A DNA stretch of 62,147 nt, the filler included, from Fonticula-like sp. SCN 57-25 (taxonomy: Eukaryota), in the NCBI GenBank assembly GCA_001724245.1. It is 6 parts of 6 records of this genome, joined end to end, with 100 filler letters (N's around TTAATTAATTAA, not from the genome) between each part and the next. Parts side by side here need not be neighbours in the genome. Positions count along the whole stretch, not along the records: positions 10,238 to 20,832 come from MEDX01000241.1; positions 20,933 to 32,173 come from MEDX01000242.1; 4 more parts are not named here. One strand, given 5' to 3'. Shown here one piece after another: positions 12,639-25,500 of this stretch. The position numbers and the translations under genes are program-made. Every line of letters starts with the position of its first letter. Position 1 is the stretch's first letter. Below the pieces are notes generated by a model. It was not told the DNA's origin. It saw nothing but the letters and a program-made list of their open reading frames with translations, and searched no databases.

Positions 12639-15600
12639 CTACTTTTTCGCGGCGGGCCTCTTTGCCGCGATGGCCTCTGCCTTTCTGGCGGCGAGGATTG
12701 CGTCGGTGTAGTCCTTGATGAGGTGCGCAATGACGCTCGCCTCGCTTGTATTGAAGACGTACTTTGTTCCCCTCGTGAGCGACTCTGTCATGATCATAAT
12801 GTTCTTCTGCGACGGGCTGTAGTTGACAATGCTCTTGTACGGGAACGAAAGCAGCGGCGTCTTGGAGCGGCGATTGAGGACGTACACGCCCGTGTGGTTG
12901 ATGGCGAGCCACAGGTTGTTGGGCATCTGCGACGTGTACGACTGCAGCACATTGAACACGGTGCTGCCGTAAAACTCCCACGTGAACAGCTGCTCCATAA
13001 ACAGGCGGTTGCACTCGTCCTTGCTCTTGCCGCTGAGCTTTTGGTGCTGCGCGGCGAGCTGCTGCTGCACGCCCTGCTTGACAAGGTGCTTGGGAAGGAA
13101 CTTTTTGGCAGTGTCCGCGTACAGGCTCTCCTCGGGGTTGTACGTCGCGTGGTTGCCGCTCTCAAACTGAGTGCGCAGCGCGGCGAGGTACACGGCCTCG
13201 TCGTCGTCAACGGGGTACCGGTCGTTGGAAATGTCGCTCATCGCCTGGAAGATGACAAGCTCGCGCTCAATGTCGTTCGAGAACGTGTTGAGCGGCGGCA
13301 TAAAGATGCGGCGCTTGAAGAAGAGGCGCAGCGACTTGTCGCTGTTGGTCTGCTTGGCGTACTTGTCCCACTTGTAGATCGTGTCGGCAATCTTTTCCTT
13401 GCCAGTCATCGCGCGCTCAAGCGAGCCAAAGCTCTCAAAGAGGGCAAAGCCAGTGCAGCTCTTGATGCCAACCTTGTCCTTGACGAGCTCGACAATCTCG
13501 GCCGTCGTGCACGCGGGGTCAAACGTGAGCGCGCGGCTCTGGCCGTCCATAAAGTGGAAGCGCGCAAACATGTCCTTGAGGTTGGTCACGGCGATAATCT
13601 CGTCGACCGACGGAGGCTGCTTGCGAAGGCCAGTCGCGAACGTGCGCGTGATGGCGCGGTAGCAGTACTTGGCGTGCTCGCGCTCGCGCTTGTGACGAAG
13701 GCTGTTCATGTTGCCGTACGAGTGCGCGGCGAGGTGCGCGCGCAGATAGTTGAGCACGAGCAGCGACGGCGCAAAGCACCAGCAGCAGATCGCGAGGACC
13801 TTCCAGAAGCGCAGAGCAGCCTTGCTGTCGGGCTCGGGGTGGTTCGTCGTGAGGCGGATGAGCTGAAGAATCAGCTCGTCGCGCGCGCGCGGCACCTCGA
13901 TGCAGCCGCGCATCATGTCCTGCAGCATGCCAGCGTAGGGCGCGCGCTGGCTCTCCTCGTCGCCGCCGGCAGGGTTGGGCTGCATGCCAGCGTACACGAG
14001 CAGCGCATTGTTCATGCGCAGCGCGTTCTCGTTCAGGTCCGCGTCGAGCGAAAGGTCAAAGTTGCACAGCGAGAACGAAAGGCGCGACTTGTTAAAGCTC
14101 CAGTCGGCCTGCGTGTAGTCGGCAGCGCTGCCGCCGGTCGCGGGCAGCTTTTGCGTCGACGACTTGCGGCCGAGCGTGAGCTTCTTGAGCGTGCCAAACT
14201 TGCTCGTGCCGGTGCTGCCGCCCATCATCGTGTCGGGGCCGGGCAGGCGCATGATGCCAGCGTCGAGCAGCTTCTCGCGCGTCTGCGTGAGCTCGTGGCC
14301 GAGAACAGAGTCGTCGACCTCCATCTCGGAAAGGCGGCGGGCGTTCTCCTTCTCCTCGCGCGTGATACCGGCGCGGTGAGCGGGCGAGTAGTCCTTGATC
14401 ATGGCAACAACCTCCTCGCACTGCATGCACTCAAACTCGACGCGCGTCACCTCGTTCTCGGGCTCGCTCGTCTCGGGCTTGAGGTTGAAGATGATCGTGT
14501 TCGTGTCGAGCTCCCAGCTCTCGAGGCGGTCATACGTGTAGCTGCGCATGTCGGCCTTGGTGCGGCCGTGCACCCACGCGAAACCGTCAACGTGGATCGA
14601 GATGGCGAGGTTGGTCGAGTACGCCCAAAAGCCCTTGTAGGTGGCGGGGAAGAGCGCGCAGCCGTACGTCGGGAACTGCTTCACGGCCTCGAGGAAGAGC
14701 ACCTTGGCCTGCAGGGTCGACTTGCCGGCAAGCTTGGCGTGCACGGCGCTGATCAGACGCAGCCACTCGGCCTTGTCGTGGGCCGACTGGTAGCGCTCGG
14801 GAATGTAGTTGTTGAGCGCGTCAATGCGGCCGAGCTGCTGCTCGTCATAGTCTCCCCACTCAACCTGCGCCTTGAGCGCGGCGAGGCGGATCACGGCGGC
14901 CTCGGTCAGCGGGAAGTCGCCGCGGAGCGCGCTGTGCACAGCCTGCGCGTAGATAAGGTGGTACTCGACGGGGTCGGTCGGGATCTTTTGCGGCGTGCGG
15001 AAGAGGCGGCGCTTGACGTAAAACTTGGCGTCGCCGCCACCGATGGCCTGAACGGCCGGGGCGCCCTTCTTCATCGTCTGGTACTTGGTCTGGTCAGACG
15101 ACGAGCGGCGCTCGAGCTCCCAGCGGGCAAGAATGTCGGCCATGTTGTCGTTGGCCTTGACGACGACCTCAGAGTCGGGCGTCACCTCATAGACGCTCCA
15201 GCCGTTCGTGTCGGGCAGGCCGATACGCTTGGCGAGCTCCTTGAGCGCGTCCGAGGCAGTGGTCGACGACTTGATGCCGATGGCCTTGACGTTGCCGTCG
15301 AGGAAGTAGAAGCGGCAGACGATCGGGCGGCCAGTCTTGATGGCGTCAATCTCGATGGCAGACGGCGGCAGCTTGCGCGCGCCGTTGAGCACCGTGTTCT
15401 TGAAAGCCTCCTCGCACTGGATGGCGAGCTTGACAATCTCCTGGCGAAGCTCAATGCGCTTCTTGAGCCAGTCGGCGTCGCCCTCCTCGAGCGGCGGCTT
15501 GGCGCCCTCGGCGGCCTCGTCCACAACCGTGTTCTTCTTGATAAAGTTGCGGAGGGGCTTGGCGAGCGCCTTGCTCGGCGGGAAGGACGAGAGGCAGACG

Positions 15601-18600
15601 AGCATCATCTGCCAAGTCTTGATGCTGATGACGGACCAGTGCTTCAGCTCCTTGGGGTTCTCAGTGCACTGGCGCACGAGCTGGACAAAGATCTCATCGC
15701 GGAGCTCAACCACTCCGATACCGAGCTTGACCACGTTCTGGATCATGGGCGGGAGGTGCTCCTCGCGCTTGGGCTGCGGGTCAGTGATCTTGAGCAGCTC
15801 GCGGAAGATCTCGACGGCCACGGTGACCATCTTTTCGCGGCGCGCAATGTCGTCGCCGGTAAACTTGATCATCGACGACGGGATCGGGTTCTTGGTGAAC
15901 ATGAGCATCTCCTGCTGCGAAACCTTGCTCTTCTTCTTGCGGAGCGTGTTGCTGATCGTGCCGACCATCTTCTCGTGCTCGTCATAGAAGCGCTCGGCAA
16001 AGGTCTCCATGGTCTCACCCTCGTCGGACGGGGCGCTGCCCTTCTTCTCGGCCTCCTTCTCGGCCTGGCGCTGGAGGAGCGGCTTGGCGGCCTTGCGCGG
16101 CGGGGGCTTGTACACCGGCGGCGGGGCCGGGGCATCCGGGATGAGGCCCGAGCCGGCGAGCGACGGGTTCGCCTTGCGCTTGGAGCGGCTGATGGTCTTC
16201 TTGTAGTCCTCAGCCTCGACCTGGTACATCGAGTCGAGCTCGCTCGTAATGTCAGTGATCATCGAGTTGAGCTGCTGGTTGCGCTTGGTGACGTCGGCCG
16301 ACGTAACAAGGTCCTTGTCAATCACGTCGAGGAACGAGAACATGTCGCCAATATCGTCGGGCTTGAGGGCCTCGTTGGTCATGTTGACCTTGGCCTTGGT
16401 GGCCTCGCGAGTGAGCTCGAGAATCTCCTGCTCCTCCTTGTGGCGCTTCTCGCGCTCCTTGGCGGCCTCAGCCTGGCGGCGGGCCTCGGCCTCCTCGGCC
16501 TCCTTCGAGCGCTTAATCTCCTCCTCCTGGCGCTTGCGCTCGGCCTCAATGGCCTCCTGGCGGGCGCGCTCCTCGGCCTCGGCCTTTTCGCGGCGGAGCT
16601 CGTTGACATAGTCGCGAGCGAACCAACCGCGCACGATCGACTGCAGCTTGATCGCCGAGCGCTTCTTGCGGCGGTAAATCTCGCGCTTGGCAAACATGCG
16701 CAGGCACTGCTTGACGAGCGTGACGGCCTTGCGCTGGCGCACAAAGTGGACGCGGTAGTAGTGGCCCTTGATGACCTTGGTCACCATGATGGCCGACGAC
16801 GTGATGAACTTTTCCTTGGCGTCCATGATCGGCAGGTAGATCGAGTTGCGGAGGAAGACCTTGGTCTTACCGAGCTGCCACGAGTCGGCGGGCGCCTTGT
16901 ACTTGTTGAGCACGGAAACGACAAGGTCGTTGGGGGCGGCGCCCTTGGCGGGGCGCTCCTTGGGCGGCACGAGGCACAGGAACTTGGCAAGGAACTGCTC
17001 GGCGGTGACGCGCACGGCGTAGCCGGCCTTGCGGATACGAATGGTCTCGAGCATACCAGAGTAGCGCAGCTGCGAGACGACGAGCTCGTCCTCAAACTCG
17101 AACGCGCTCTTGTTGCTGTTGGGCTTGACGCAGCGCACATAGTGCGGCGAGGTGCTGCCGAGCACCGTCACGAGGGCGGTGAGCTGGTTGCGGAAGAAGG
17201 TGCTGACGGTGGCCTTCTTCTTCATCGTGACCTTGCCCGACGAGTTGTCGGCCTCCTTGGGGGCCTCGCCCATGACGCGGGCCAGATCGTTCTTGGACTT
17301 CAAGAGCAGCTCAAAGATGAGCTCGGACGCCTCGTCCTTGTTCTTGTCCAAGAAGCCGCCAACCTCGTAGGTGACCTCGCCGGCGTAGTGGATGACGCCA
17401 AACTGGAGGACGGCCTGGCGCGGCTTCACGTACAGCTTGTTCTTGGCCGTCTTCTCGTGGAGCTTGTCGAGCAGCGTCTGGTCAGTGGACTTGGGGAACT
17501 TGGACTCCTCGTCGAGGAGCGAGAGGATACCAGTCTTGCCCTCAATCATCTCAATGCACTCTGAGTTGTCGGTAAAGTCGACCTTGTCCCACTTGATGCC
17601 CTCGCGGTCGTACTCGGCCTGCTCGAGCTTGAAAATGTAGTTGGTAAAGAACTGCTGCAGCTTCTCGTTGGCAAAGTTGATGCAGAACTGCTCAAACGAG
17701 TTGACCTTGAAGAGCTCGAAACCGAAAATATCGAGCACGCCGATGAACGAGCTCGAGTCGCCCTTGGGCATGGTCGAGTTGTTGATGTACAGCACGATCC
17801 AGTCAAAGAGGCGGCTGTAGAGGGCCTTGGCGATCGAGTCGCGGTTGTCCTTGCTCTGGTCCACGTTGAGGGGAATCTTGGACTGCTCGCCGCGCACGAC
17901 GATCGAGCGGTAGCACAGCGCCTCGGACAGACCAGCGGCGTCGACCTCGAGGAGCGAGGCGGCAGCATCGATCGAGTCCGTGTTGACGACGGACGACTTG
18001 TCGCCGGTCTCGTCGGCCTGGAACTTGGCGTTACCGAGGTGCAGGATGGCCGAGAGGATGCGGAAGATGCCGTCAACCTCCTCGGGCGTGCAGTTCATCA
18101 CGGTGAACGCAAGCTTGAGCTGCTCAAAGAGCTTGGCGTCGTCCGTGCCGGGAATCGAAACGCACTTGCTCTGCGACAGGTAGTGGAACTGGTCCGCCTT
18201 CAGCAGCTTGTACTTGGTGCGCTCCTCGGCGGTGGCGCCGGCGCACAGCTGGTAGAAGCAGTGGTAGTTGCGCTCGTCCATCGCCTGCGACACAACGCGA
18301 GACTTTTCCAGCAGGTAGTTGACGAGCGACGCGCCAACAATGTGGTTCGTCTTGTCAAAGTGCACCTGCAGGAACTTTCCGAAACGCGAAGAGTTGTTGT
18401 TACGGACAGTCTTGGCGTTACCAAACGACTCGAGGATCGTGTTGGCCTCCATAATCTGCTGCTCGACCCAGTCCTGGTTGGACGTGATCGCAGTCAGGTA
18501 CTGCAGAATAAGCTTGGTGGACTCGGTCTTACCAGCGCCAGACTCACCAGAGATAATAACAGACTGGTTCTCACCCAGCGTGCGCATGTTGTAGTACGCG

Positions 18601-18993
18601 GCCTCCGCAATGGCGAAAATGTGCGGGGGGAGCTCGCCGATGCGAGCCTGGCTGTACTGCTTCACGTACGTCTACAAACAGCGCATCAGCATCCAAAAGC
18701 ACAAAGAAGTGATAAACGGCGTACATCCTCATAAAGCGAGATCCACTTGTAAGGGTTGGCAGCAACGAGAATCGTGCCAGTGTACGTCTAATATTACGCG
18801 TCAGCAAAATATCGGCACGAAATCAAATCATACGTAGATGATCTGCTTCTGGTAACGCTCGCGCAGGTTCTCCAAAATGCTTTGCTCCGACAGCTCGGGC
18901 AGGTTGACCATGTCATCCATTCCCGCGGCTACACGAGGTGATCAGTACGAGCATAGCAACCACGACAATCAATCAATGCGCACTCTTCGCCAT
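12639..18993 (-). CDS. Unconventional myosin with motor, IQ motifs, SAH/coiled coil and two MyTH4-FERM modules (class 22/7-like, no SH3 seen)
   Basis: Motor motifs GESGAGKT, NNNSSRFGK and DIFGFE; IQ motifs (LQSIVRGWFAR); E/R/K-rich helix; two MyTH4 (RDEIFVQL, RDELILQL) plus FERM domains. ATG at 18993, short 5' exons, then one ~6-kb exon. Confidence 0.95.
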
Positions 18994-19505
18994 GGTGGAT
19001 CAAACTCAACGTCGCTCAGCGAACGGAAAGCCTAATCACCTGTGCCTGCCAAATGAGAAACACACCCGCAGGTGAGTACGACGCTTACACTGCCGCTGAC
19101 GGTGCGCACAAAAAAAGCGACGAGATTGGCTGACACTGATGCCAAAACAATGCTCACCGCAAACGGGTCTCTGCCTGGTTCTCCACGCGCACGCTCTCTC
19201 GCTTCAAGACAAGTGTCTAGAAGAAAAGCGCGCTCCGCTCTTGCTCGTCTCTTGCTGCTTCCTTTCGGACCGGAAACAACAACAACACGCGCAAAGCGGC
19301 TTTCGTGCCAAACCCAACAAAGAGGCAGCAAAATGGGAAAAAGGGCAATGAAAAAGGTAGCCCGCGCCCACGTGGATAATTTCGGGAGAAATATGCCTTG
19401 CCGGTCTGCCTGATTGGCCAGCAACCAGATTGTCGGGCCAATCAACAGAGAGGTCAATTTGAGAGCTAGTTTGCAGTTTGCGCGTTGGCGACAGCGAGAG
19501 CGGCG

Positions 19506-19840
19506 ATGGGCGGACCGCTCGACTCGCGACAGGTGGTGCTGAGAGAGGGGGCGTACAGCTGCGAGACGCTCACATGGGTTCTTGGAAGTACGCGTGATTC
19601 TTTATTTTTTTGTATTTTTGGTACTAATCATTTGCTTTCCTAAACAAAGCGCTCGGCATGATGGGCGGCGGCGGCGCCGGTTTCTTTGCGGGAAGCTTGT
19701 ACTACGCCACGCGGTACACGCCGCATAGGCGACTGCGCGCGTCATTCGCAGGCTCATTGGCCGGGATCACCGCCATGATGCTGCACCTGTCATTTGTGGA
19801 ACCCGCCTGCTTTCCCCACAACCGCGACCTCGGTCGCTAG
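19506..19840 (+). CDS. Small putative two-TM membrane protein of unknown function (2 exons)
   Basis: MGGPLDSRQVV...WVLG, intron GTACGC...CTAAT...AAG, then ALGMMGGGGAGFFAGSLYY...SFAGSLAGITAMMLHL. Confidence 0.55.
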
Positions 19841-20058
19841 GCATGCGGTCTGCCGACGTGGTGACCAAAGTTCTAATTCATGGGCTGTTGCTTTCCTCGT
19901 ACCTAGCAGGCAAACTCAAAAGGTAGTTATGTTTGGCTATGCATTTCGTGTATATAATGATGTATCAACTTGTTATTATCGAATAAATTTCTCAAATTAC
20001 TAAAATCTCTAGAATGAAAAGCAAGTGGTCTCCCAGACTGTCCAACTTGCCGCCATCG

Positions 20059-20832
20059 CTAATAAATGGAAAAATCATAACTAAATACACACCCATAATC
20101 CAATTTATACTGAAGTTTCCTTGACTGTACTGAGCTTTGGCATCCCCTGCCGCTCCAACCCGACGGCCATTGCCTCGACGTCGGCCCGCTGCAGCGCGCC
20201 GCATCCGAGATCTCCTCCTTGACGTCGACCGCGGACCTCTGCGGCGACCCCGACGTGCCCGCAATCGCAATGGCCGGCGGCTTTGGCAGTGGCGGCAGAG
20301 ACGGGCTCGCCGCCTTGATAGGCATGGGCGGCGCCGCCGACACGGGCGCGAGCGCCGGGCTGCCCGCCGATACCTGCTGCGACGCTACCGCTGGGAGCGG
20401 AGGCAGCAGCGCTGACGACGGCTTTTGCGACGTTGTTGACGACCGCCGCCGGTTCGCGTCGATGCGGCGCCCCGTCAGCGGCGAGCTGCGCAGCGGCGCC
20501 GTCGGCGGGGACGGCGAGTCCGACAGGGGCGACCGCAACGGGCGGACGGCCGGCGGCGAGTGGTCGCCCGACACGGCCCACCCGTGCGACGCAAGCGAAA
20601 AGCTGGTAAGGTCCATTGACCGCGGACGGCCGTCGCTCCGCCTCGATACCTCAATCGGGACGGCCGCCGCCTTGACGGCGCTCTCGCTCTCCTCGGCAAT
20701 CATGCTCAGCGCGGGTGGCTCGCTCAGCCGCCGCGTCCGCCTCTGTTCAAAGTCCGCCGGCACCGCCACGGATATCGTCGTAGGAGACGGCGACCCGCTG
20801 CTCGACTGTGGCGGCGTCAGAATGCGCTGCGA
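20059..20832 (-). CDS. 3' fragment of a Pro/Ser-rich low-complexity protein
   Basis: High-GC open frame running from the contig edge, with RRLSEP, RPRSMD and RRRSST motifs; true stop uncertain. Confidence 0.45.
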   Translation of the reverse strand, partial: SQRILTPPQSSSGSPSPTTISVAVPADFEQRRTRRLSEPPALSMIAEESESAVKAAAVPIEVSRRSDGRPRSMDLTSFSLASHGWAVSGDHSPPAVRPLRSPLSDSPSPPTAPLRSSPLTGRRIDANRRRSSTTSQKPSSALLPPLPAVASQQVSAGSPALAPVSAAPPMPIKAASPSLPPLPKPPAIAIAGTSGSPQRSAVDVKEEISDAARCSGPTSRQWPSGWSGRGCQSSVQSRKLQYKLDYGCVFSYDFSIY

Positions 20833-20932
20833 NNNNNNNNNNNNNNNNNNNNNNNNNNNNNNNNNNNNNNNNNNNNTTAATTAATTAANNNNNNNNNNNN
20901 NNNNNNNNNNNNNNNNNNNNNNNNNNNNNNNN
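20833..20932. other. Artificial contig spacer
   Basis: N44-TTAATTAATTAA-N44. Confidence 0.99.
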
Positions 20933-22501
20933 CGGCGCAGTTAACGCGACGGACGCGCTTGTGTCCCCTCGCGTGCTGGCGCTCTCCAACCTCTCGCCCG
21001 GCACCTTCTATCACGTCGCCTTCAAGACCCCCTCTTCCGTCCACGTGGCCAAGTTCCATACCTTTGGGGATCAGTCCGAGGGCGTCCGCACGGCCATCGT
21101 GTCGTGCAACCGTCTGAATGAGGACAACGACACGTCCATGTGGGAGCGGTTCCGGGACGAGGTGACGGCCGCGCGCGATGTGACGCTGCATCTCGGCGAT
21201 CAGGTATACGTGGACTGGCTGGTGCGCGATCTTCGGGCGATCGTCGATCGCGGCGGCGATCCGGGAAGCGATGCCGAGCTCGAGCAAATGTTTAGGGACG
21301 TGTACAGACGGGTGTGGGGCGATATTGTGCTGCAGAGTGTGCTGCGCGTGGGAAGCCATGTGATGACGCCGGACGACCACGAGTTTGTCGACAACTTTGA
21401 TGCGCATTATTACACGGTGCGCATGCCTTCTCTATGCACACCACAAACTGATGCATCTGCGGCAGGGCAAATACCGCCGTATCATGTGCGCCGCACGCAA
21501 GGTGTACTACGAGTACCAGTATCAGCTTGTGGCGGACATCATTGACCCAATCACACAAGAGTACGAATCGCACACATTATCACGTCCTTACATTGCATAT
21601 AGGGAATCTGTCGACGTCAAGAACGACAAGGTGTACAACTTTTTCCGCATTGGAAACACTGCTTTCCTCATGCTTGACCTCCGCATCCAGCGCGCCACAG
21701 CGGGCCACGCGGAGCACCCGCTTCTCGGTCCTCACCAGTTCGCTGCCTTTATGGTACGCGTCATTCTCCCTTGATAGATGCCGGCAAATAACGCGATCGG
21801 CGCACAGTCGTCGCTCTCGTCGTACGCGTCGGACCCGACCATTGCCCACATCATTGTGACCACGACTGTCCCGCTGCTGTACTCGAACGAGTTCCTCGCT
21901 CAGGTCGTCTACACCGTGGAGGGCGAGCGCATGCCGATGCACCCCGACATGCAGCGCGAGTCGCTGGCGCTGCTGGACGCGCTGTCCGAGCACAGCGAAA
22001 AAGTGATCCTCGTGGCGGGCGACATCCACATGCACCTCGACACTGTCCTGACCAATAACAGGTGCGGACCATGGGGGTCGGGCAATGTAAGGAGCGCTAA
22101 CAGGAGAAAACCAATAGGAACAACCGGCAGCTGCGGCAGCTGGCATCGTCGGGGATGACCAAGGGGTCGACTGTCGGCTCAAAGTTCAAGCTCTTTGCGT
22201 TTCACTTGGTGCTCGTCAAGCTGTCCACGCGGTCCGTCCAGCACTGGTCTTTCGACCACGAGCGGGTACGCAGACTGCTATCTAGTATGTCACTCAAAGT
22301 TTGATGACATAGGCGTTCCTCTTCCACAACTTTGTGACGCTCAACGTGACGTCGGGCGGCGAGCTCACGTACGAGGCGCACTTTGCGCACCTCTCGCCTA
22401 CGCAAAAGGCGGTCGAGATGGTGTTTGACTATATCCATTCTATTATCGCCGTCCTTGCCATTGTGATTCTGCGCAGGCTCGCAAATCGGACCCGCTTGTA
22501 A
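20933..22501 (+). CDS. phoD: PhoD-like alkaline phosphatase/metallophosphoesterase with C-terminal membrane anchor (5' truncated)
   Basis: Motifs VSCN, LHLGDQVYVD, PDDHEF, FLMLDLR and VILVAGDIH; hydrophobic C-terminus IIAVLAIVIL; several short introns. Confidence 0.85.
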
Positions 22502-22576
22502 ACTACCATAAAAGCATCATATCACCTCTTTATTTCCACTTTCAAAAATATACTATACTGTTTTGGTTTTGGCCTT

Positions 22577-25500
22577 CTACTCGAGCGCGGCGTTCAGAAC
22601 GCGAATCTCGTCGGGGCTGAGGGCCTGCTGCGTCGCCTGCCAGCGGTCATGTTGATGCAGCAGCTGCGCAAACGCCTTGAGGAACTCGATGCCTACGGAC
22701 GTACGTCAGTACGAGGCAAAAAAGCATGCATTCCAATCGCACCCATCAACGTCGACTCGCGCGGCTGCTTGACAATGGTGAGCATCGAAAGGGTCACCTT
22801 GATGAGGTACGTCGACTGCTGCACAAACTACAAAAGTACACGTCAGCAAAAAAATCGTATTTGATGCTGCGCACCATTGCCGGCTGCATCTCCATGAGCA
22901 CGCTGAGTCCCCTGTACACGGGCTTGCACTCTCCCTCGTCGTTCTTGACGGGCAGACCCTTGCTCAGGAGCGTGACGATGCGACCAAGCAGCGGCGTGGC
23001 GGCCGCCGGATTCCCGTAAATCATGCGAGCGATGGCGCCGACAGCATTGTCGCGGTCCACAAAGTACTCGGACGACTCGTCCTCCTCCTCGGGGTCCATC
23101 GCGTGGTGCTCAATGAGAGGCGCAAGGCGCTCCAAAAAGTCGGGGTACGCCACTTGGACGGTGTTGGGGAGGTGCTCGCACACCAGGCCAACGCCGTACG
23201 CGGCATTGCGGCGCACTTCGCGCGACTCGTCCTTGAGACCGGGGAAGAAAACTTCCTTGAGGATTTTCTAAAAGCGCCAAAAAAGATCAGAAATCAATAT
23301 CCTTCTTTCGCCCCAGCACGCACCTCGACCAATGGCGCGATCGCTTCCTTGAGACCGGCGACGATCTCGGCGAGGACGCCCGTGCACATCGACTTGTCAT
23401 TCTCCTTCCTCCCCTGCTTAAAGTAGCGGCGGATGTACGGGTAGGCGGCCTCAAACAGGGGGTAGAACGGCGCGCCGATGGCCTTGGAGAAGGCGGCAAG
23501 GGCGTCGCACACGCCGTCCATGAGCGCAGCATCAAGCTCGGCCTGCAAAAAAATCGTCAGTGGATGTTCCCAGTGCCACTTTTGTTGCTGCCGCGTACCT
23601 CGTCCTCCTCGGCCTCGGCGTCGTTCTGCGCGTACTCGTCCTCGACTTCCTCCTCGCGGTTCTGGCAGCGCGCCTCCTTCTTCACCAGCCGCAAGAGGCT
23701 CGCGCCGAGCGGGTGCATCTCTGCGCAAAAGTCAGCCAGCGCCGTTATCATCATAACTAGGCCGTACGCTGCTGAGGGACTAGCGCGGGGCCAACGTGGC
23801 GAAGCATGTCATTGAAGACGCGGCAGGCTTCCAGCACCGCCATGCTACATACACTGTTAGGGAGATGTCAAAGGCAGTGGCGGCCAGGCGCACCGGTCTT
23901 GATCGGTATCCATCACGCCAATCAGGATCGGCACAACGACGGCGGTCACTTCCAGCAGTTCGGGCGCGGCCACCTGATCCTTTTGACGGCTCCACGGCGT
24001 CTCGCCAACAAAAATGTCGTGATACGCCTTGATAATTTCTATAGGGATTGTGAGACCGGGGCAGCGCATGATTCAAGGCGAGAGGCGTACGGCCATAGGA
24101 GAGAACGGCCGCCTTGCGGACGTCATGGTGGAAATAGCCGTTCAGCTCAACAAGCGTGTCCAGCACCTAAACGCAGCCGTGGTGAGCAAGAATGTCGAGG
24201 CTAGAAAGAGCAACGTACCCGCTTTGTGTAGGGGAGCATGCTCCGCCTGGTGTACTCGTAAAACTCTCCCAGCGCGGCGACGGCGAGCTCCTTGTCGTCG
24301 AGGAACGCCGTGGCGACCACGAAACCGTCGGCATTGTCGCCCTCCTCGTCATCACCAGCCAAAACATCAGCTAAAGCACCGCATAAGCCTTCAAAATCAC
24401 ATGCGGTTTTCGCATACCCTGCGCGCGTGTTTCGGCAATGCCGTCGTTGCTGAGCGCGGAGCGGATCATGAGGGCGACGAGCGGCTCCAGGACGCCCGGA
24501 AGGACGCTCTCAAAGTCAACGCCGTAGCAACGCGCGAGGTTGGCGTAAAACTCCCACGTGCACTCGCGAAGGCGCGGCTCGTCGATGGTCTCGAGGCCGT
24601 TCCAAGCGAGCGCGTGGAAAGTGGGCAGGTGGGGCTTCGGCAGAGCGTCAGCTGCAAATGAAAACACAAAACGGGGAGGCGCACAAGGAACGCTTCCTTG
24701 CCAATGGCGACGGCCAGCGTGCCGATCGTGCCGGTGGCGATGGAGCGCAGCTCGATATCAGACTCCATGCGCATCGACATGGCAGACACAAACACGTTCG
24801 TAAGGTCGGCAAAATAGGGAGCAAATGCCTAGGAAGCGGCCAATCAGTCATCATTCAATTTCAGTCCTCGAGGCGTACTCCTTCGGCAGCGTGTGCGACC
24901 GAGCCGATGGCGCAAATGACGCTCTCGTGGATCTGCCTGTTTGAAGTGCCGCTCAGGAGACCGCCGAGGGCCTTGAGGATACCGTCCATGTAGTGCACGA
25001 CGTCCTCCCCCATCTGCTCGCAATACCTCTCGATCGCCACGCAGCACTTGTCCTGCACGTTCTCGTTCGACGTCGCGAGCACCTGGGCGAGCGCCGGGAG
25101 CAGCTGCGCGTGGTGCTGGGCCATACCGTCGGCCTCGCTGACTGCGCTGACGGCCATGCACGCGGTGGCGCGCACGCTCATAGACGCGCTTGCCAGACCG
25201 GCGTAGAGGTACGCGAGAAAGTCGTCCATGTGGTCAGAGACAAACTCGAGGCACCCCTCGGCAATGATGACAATCGCCATCATGCACGCGCGCTGCTGAG
25301 CCGGCGACCCGCTCGACATGAGACCGCGAATCTCGGTCATGACAAAGGGCATAAAGTCGTCGGCCGCGAGGTAGAGCGCAAACGTATCCAGCGTCTGGCT
25401 GGCGGCGTCGCTCGGCTTGTCCTCCTCGTCGTCATCGTCGTCGTCGCTGTCGCCATTGGCGCCCGCCTCGGAATCCAGCGGCTCATCGCTCATAATGCGG

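Noticed and set aside
12723-17564. 1613-aa ORF antisense to the myosin, and similar antisense ORFs over importin, PKC and the FG-GAP gene
   Set aside because: Shadow ORFs caused by strong GC3 codon bias; no recognisable motifs.
23721-23767. ATGATGA...CTGA (C/D-box-like) in an importin intron on the minus strand
   Set aside because: The boxes are only ~13 nt apart in a ~47-nt intron, and CTGAC is simply the branch site.
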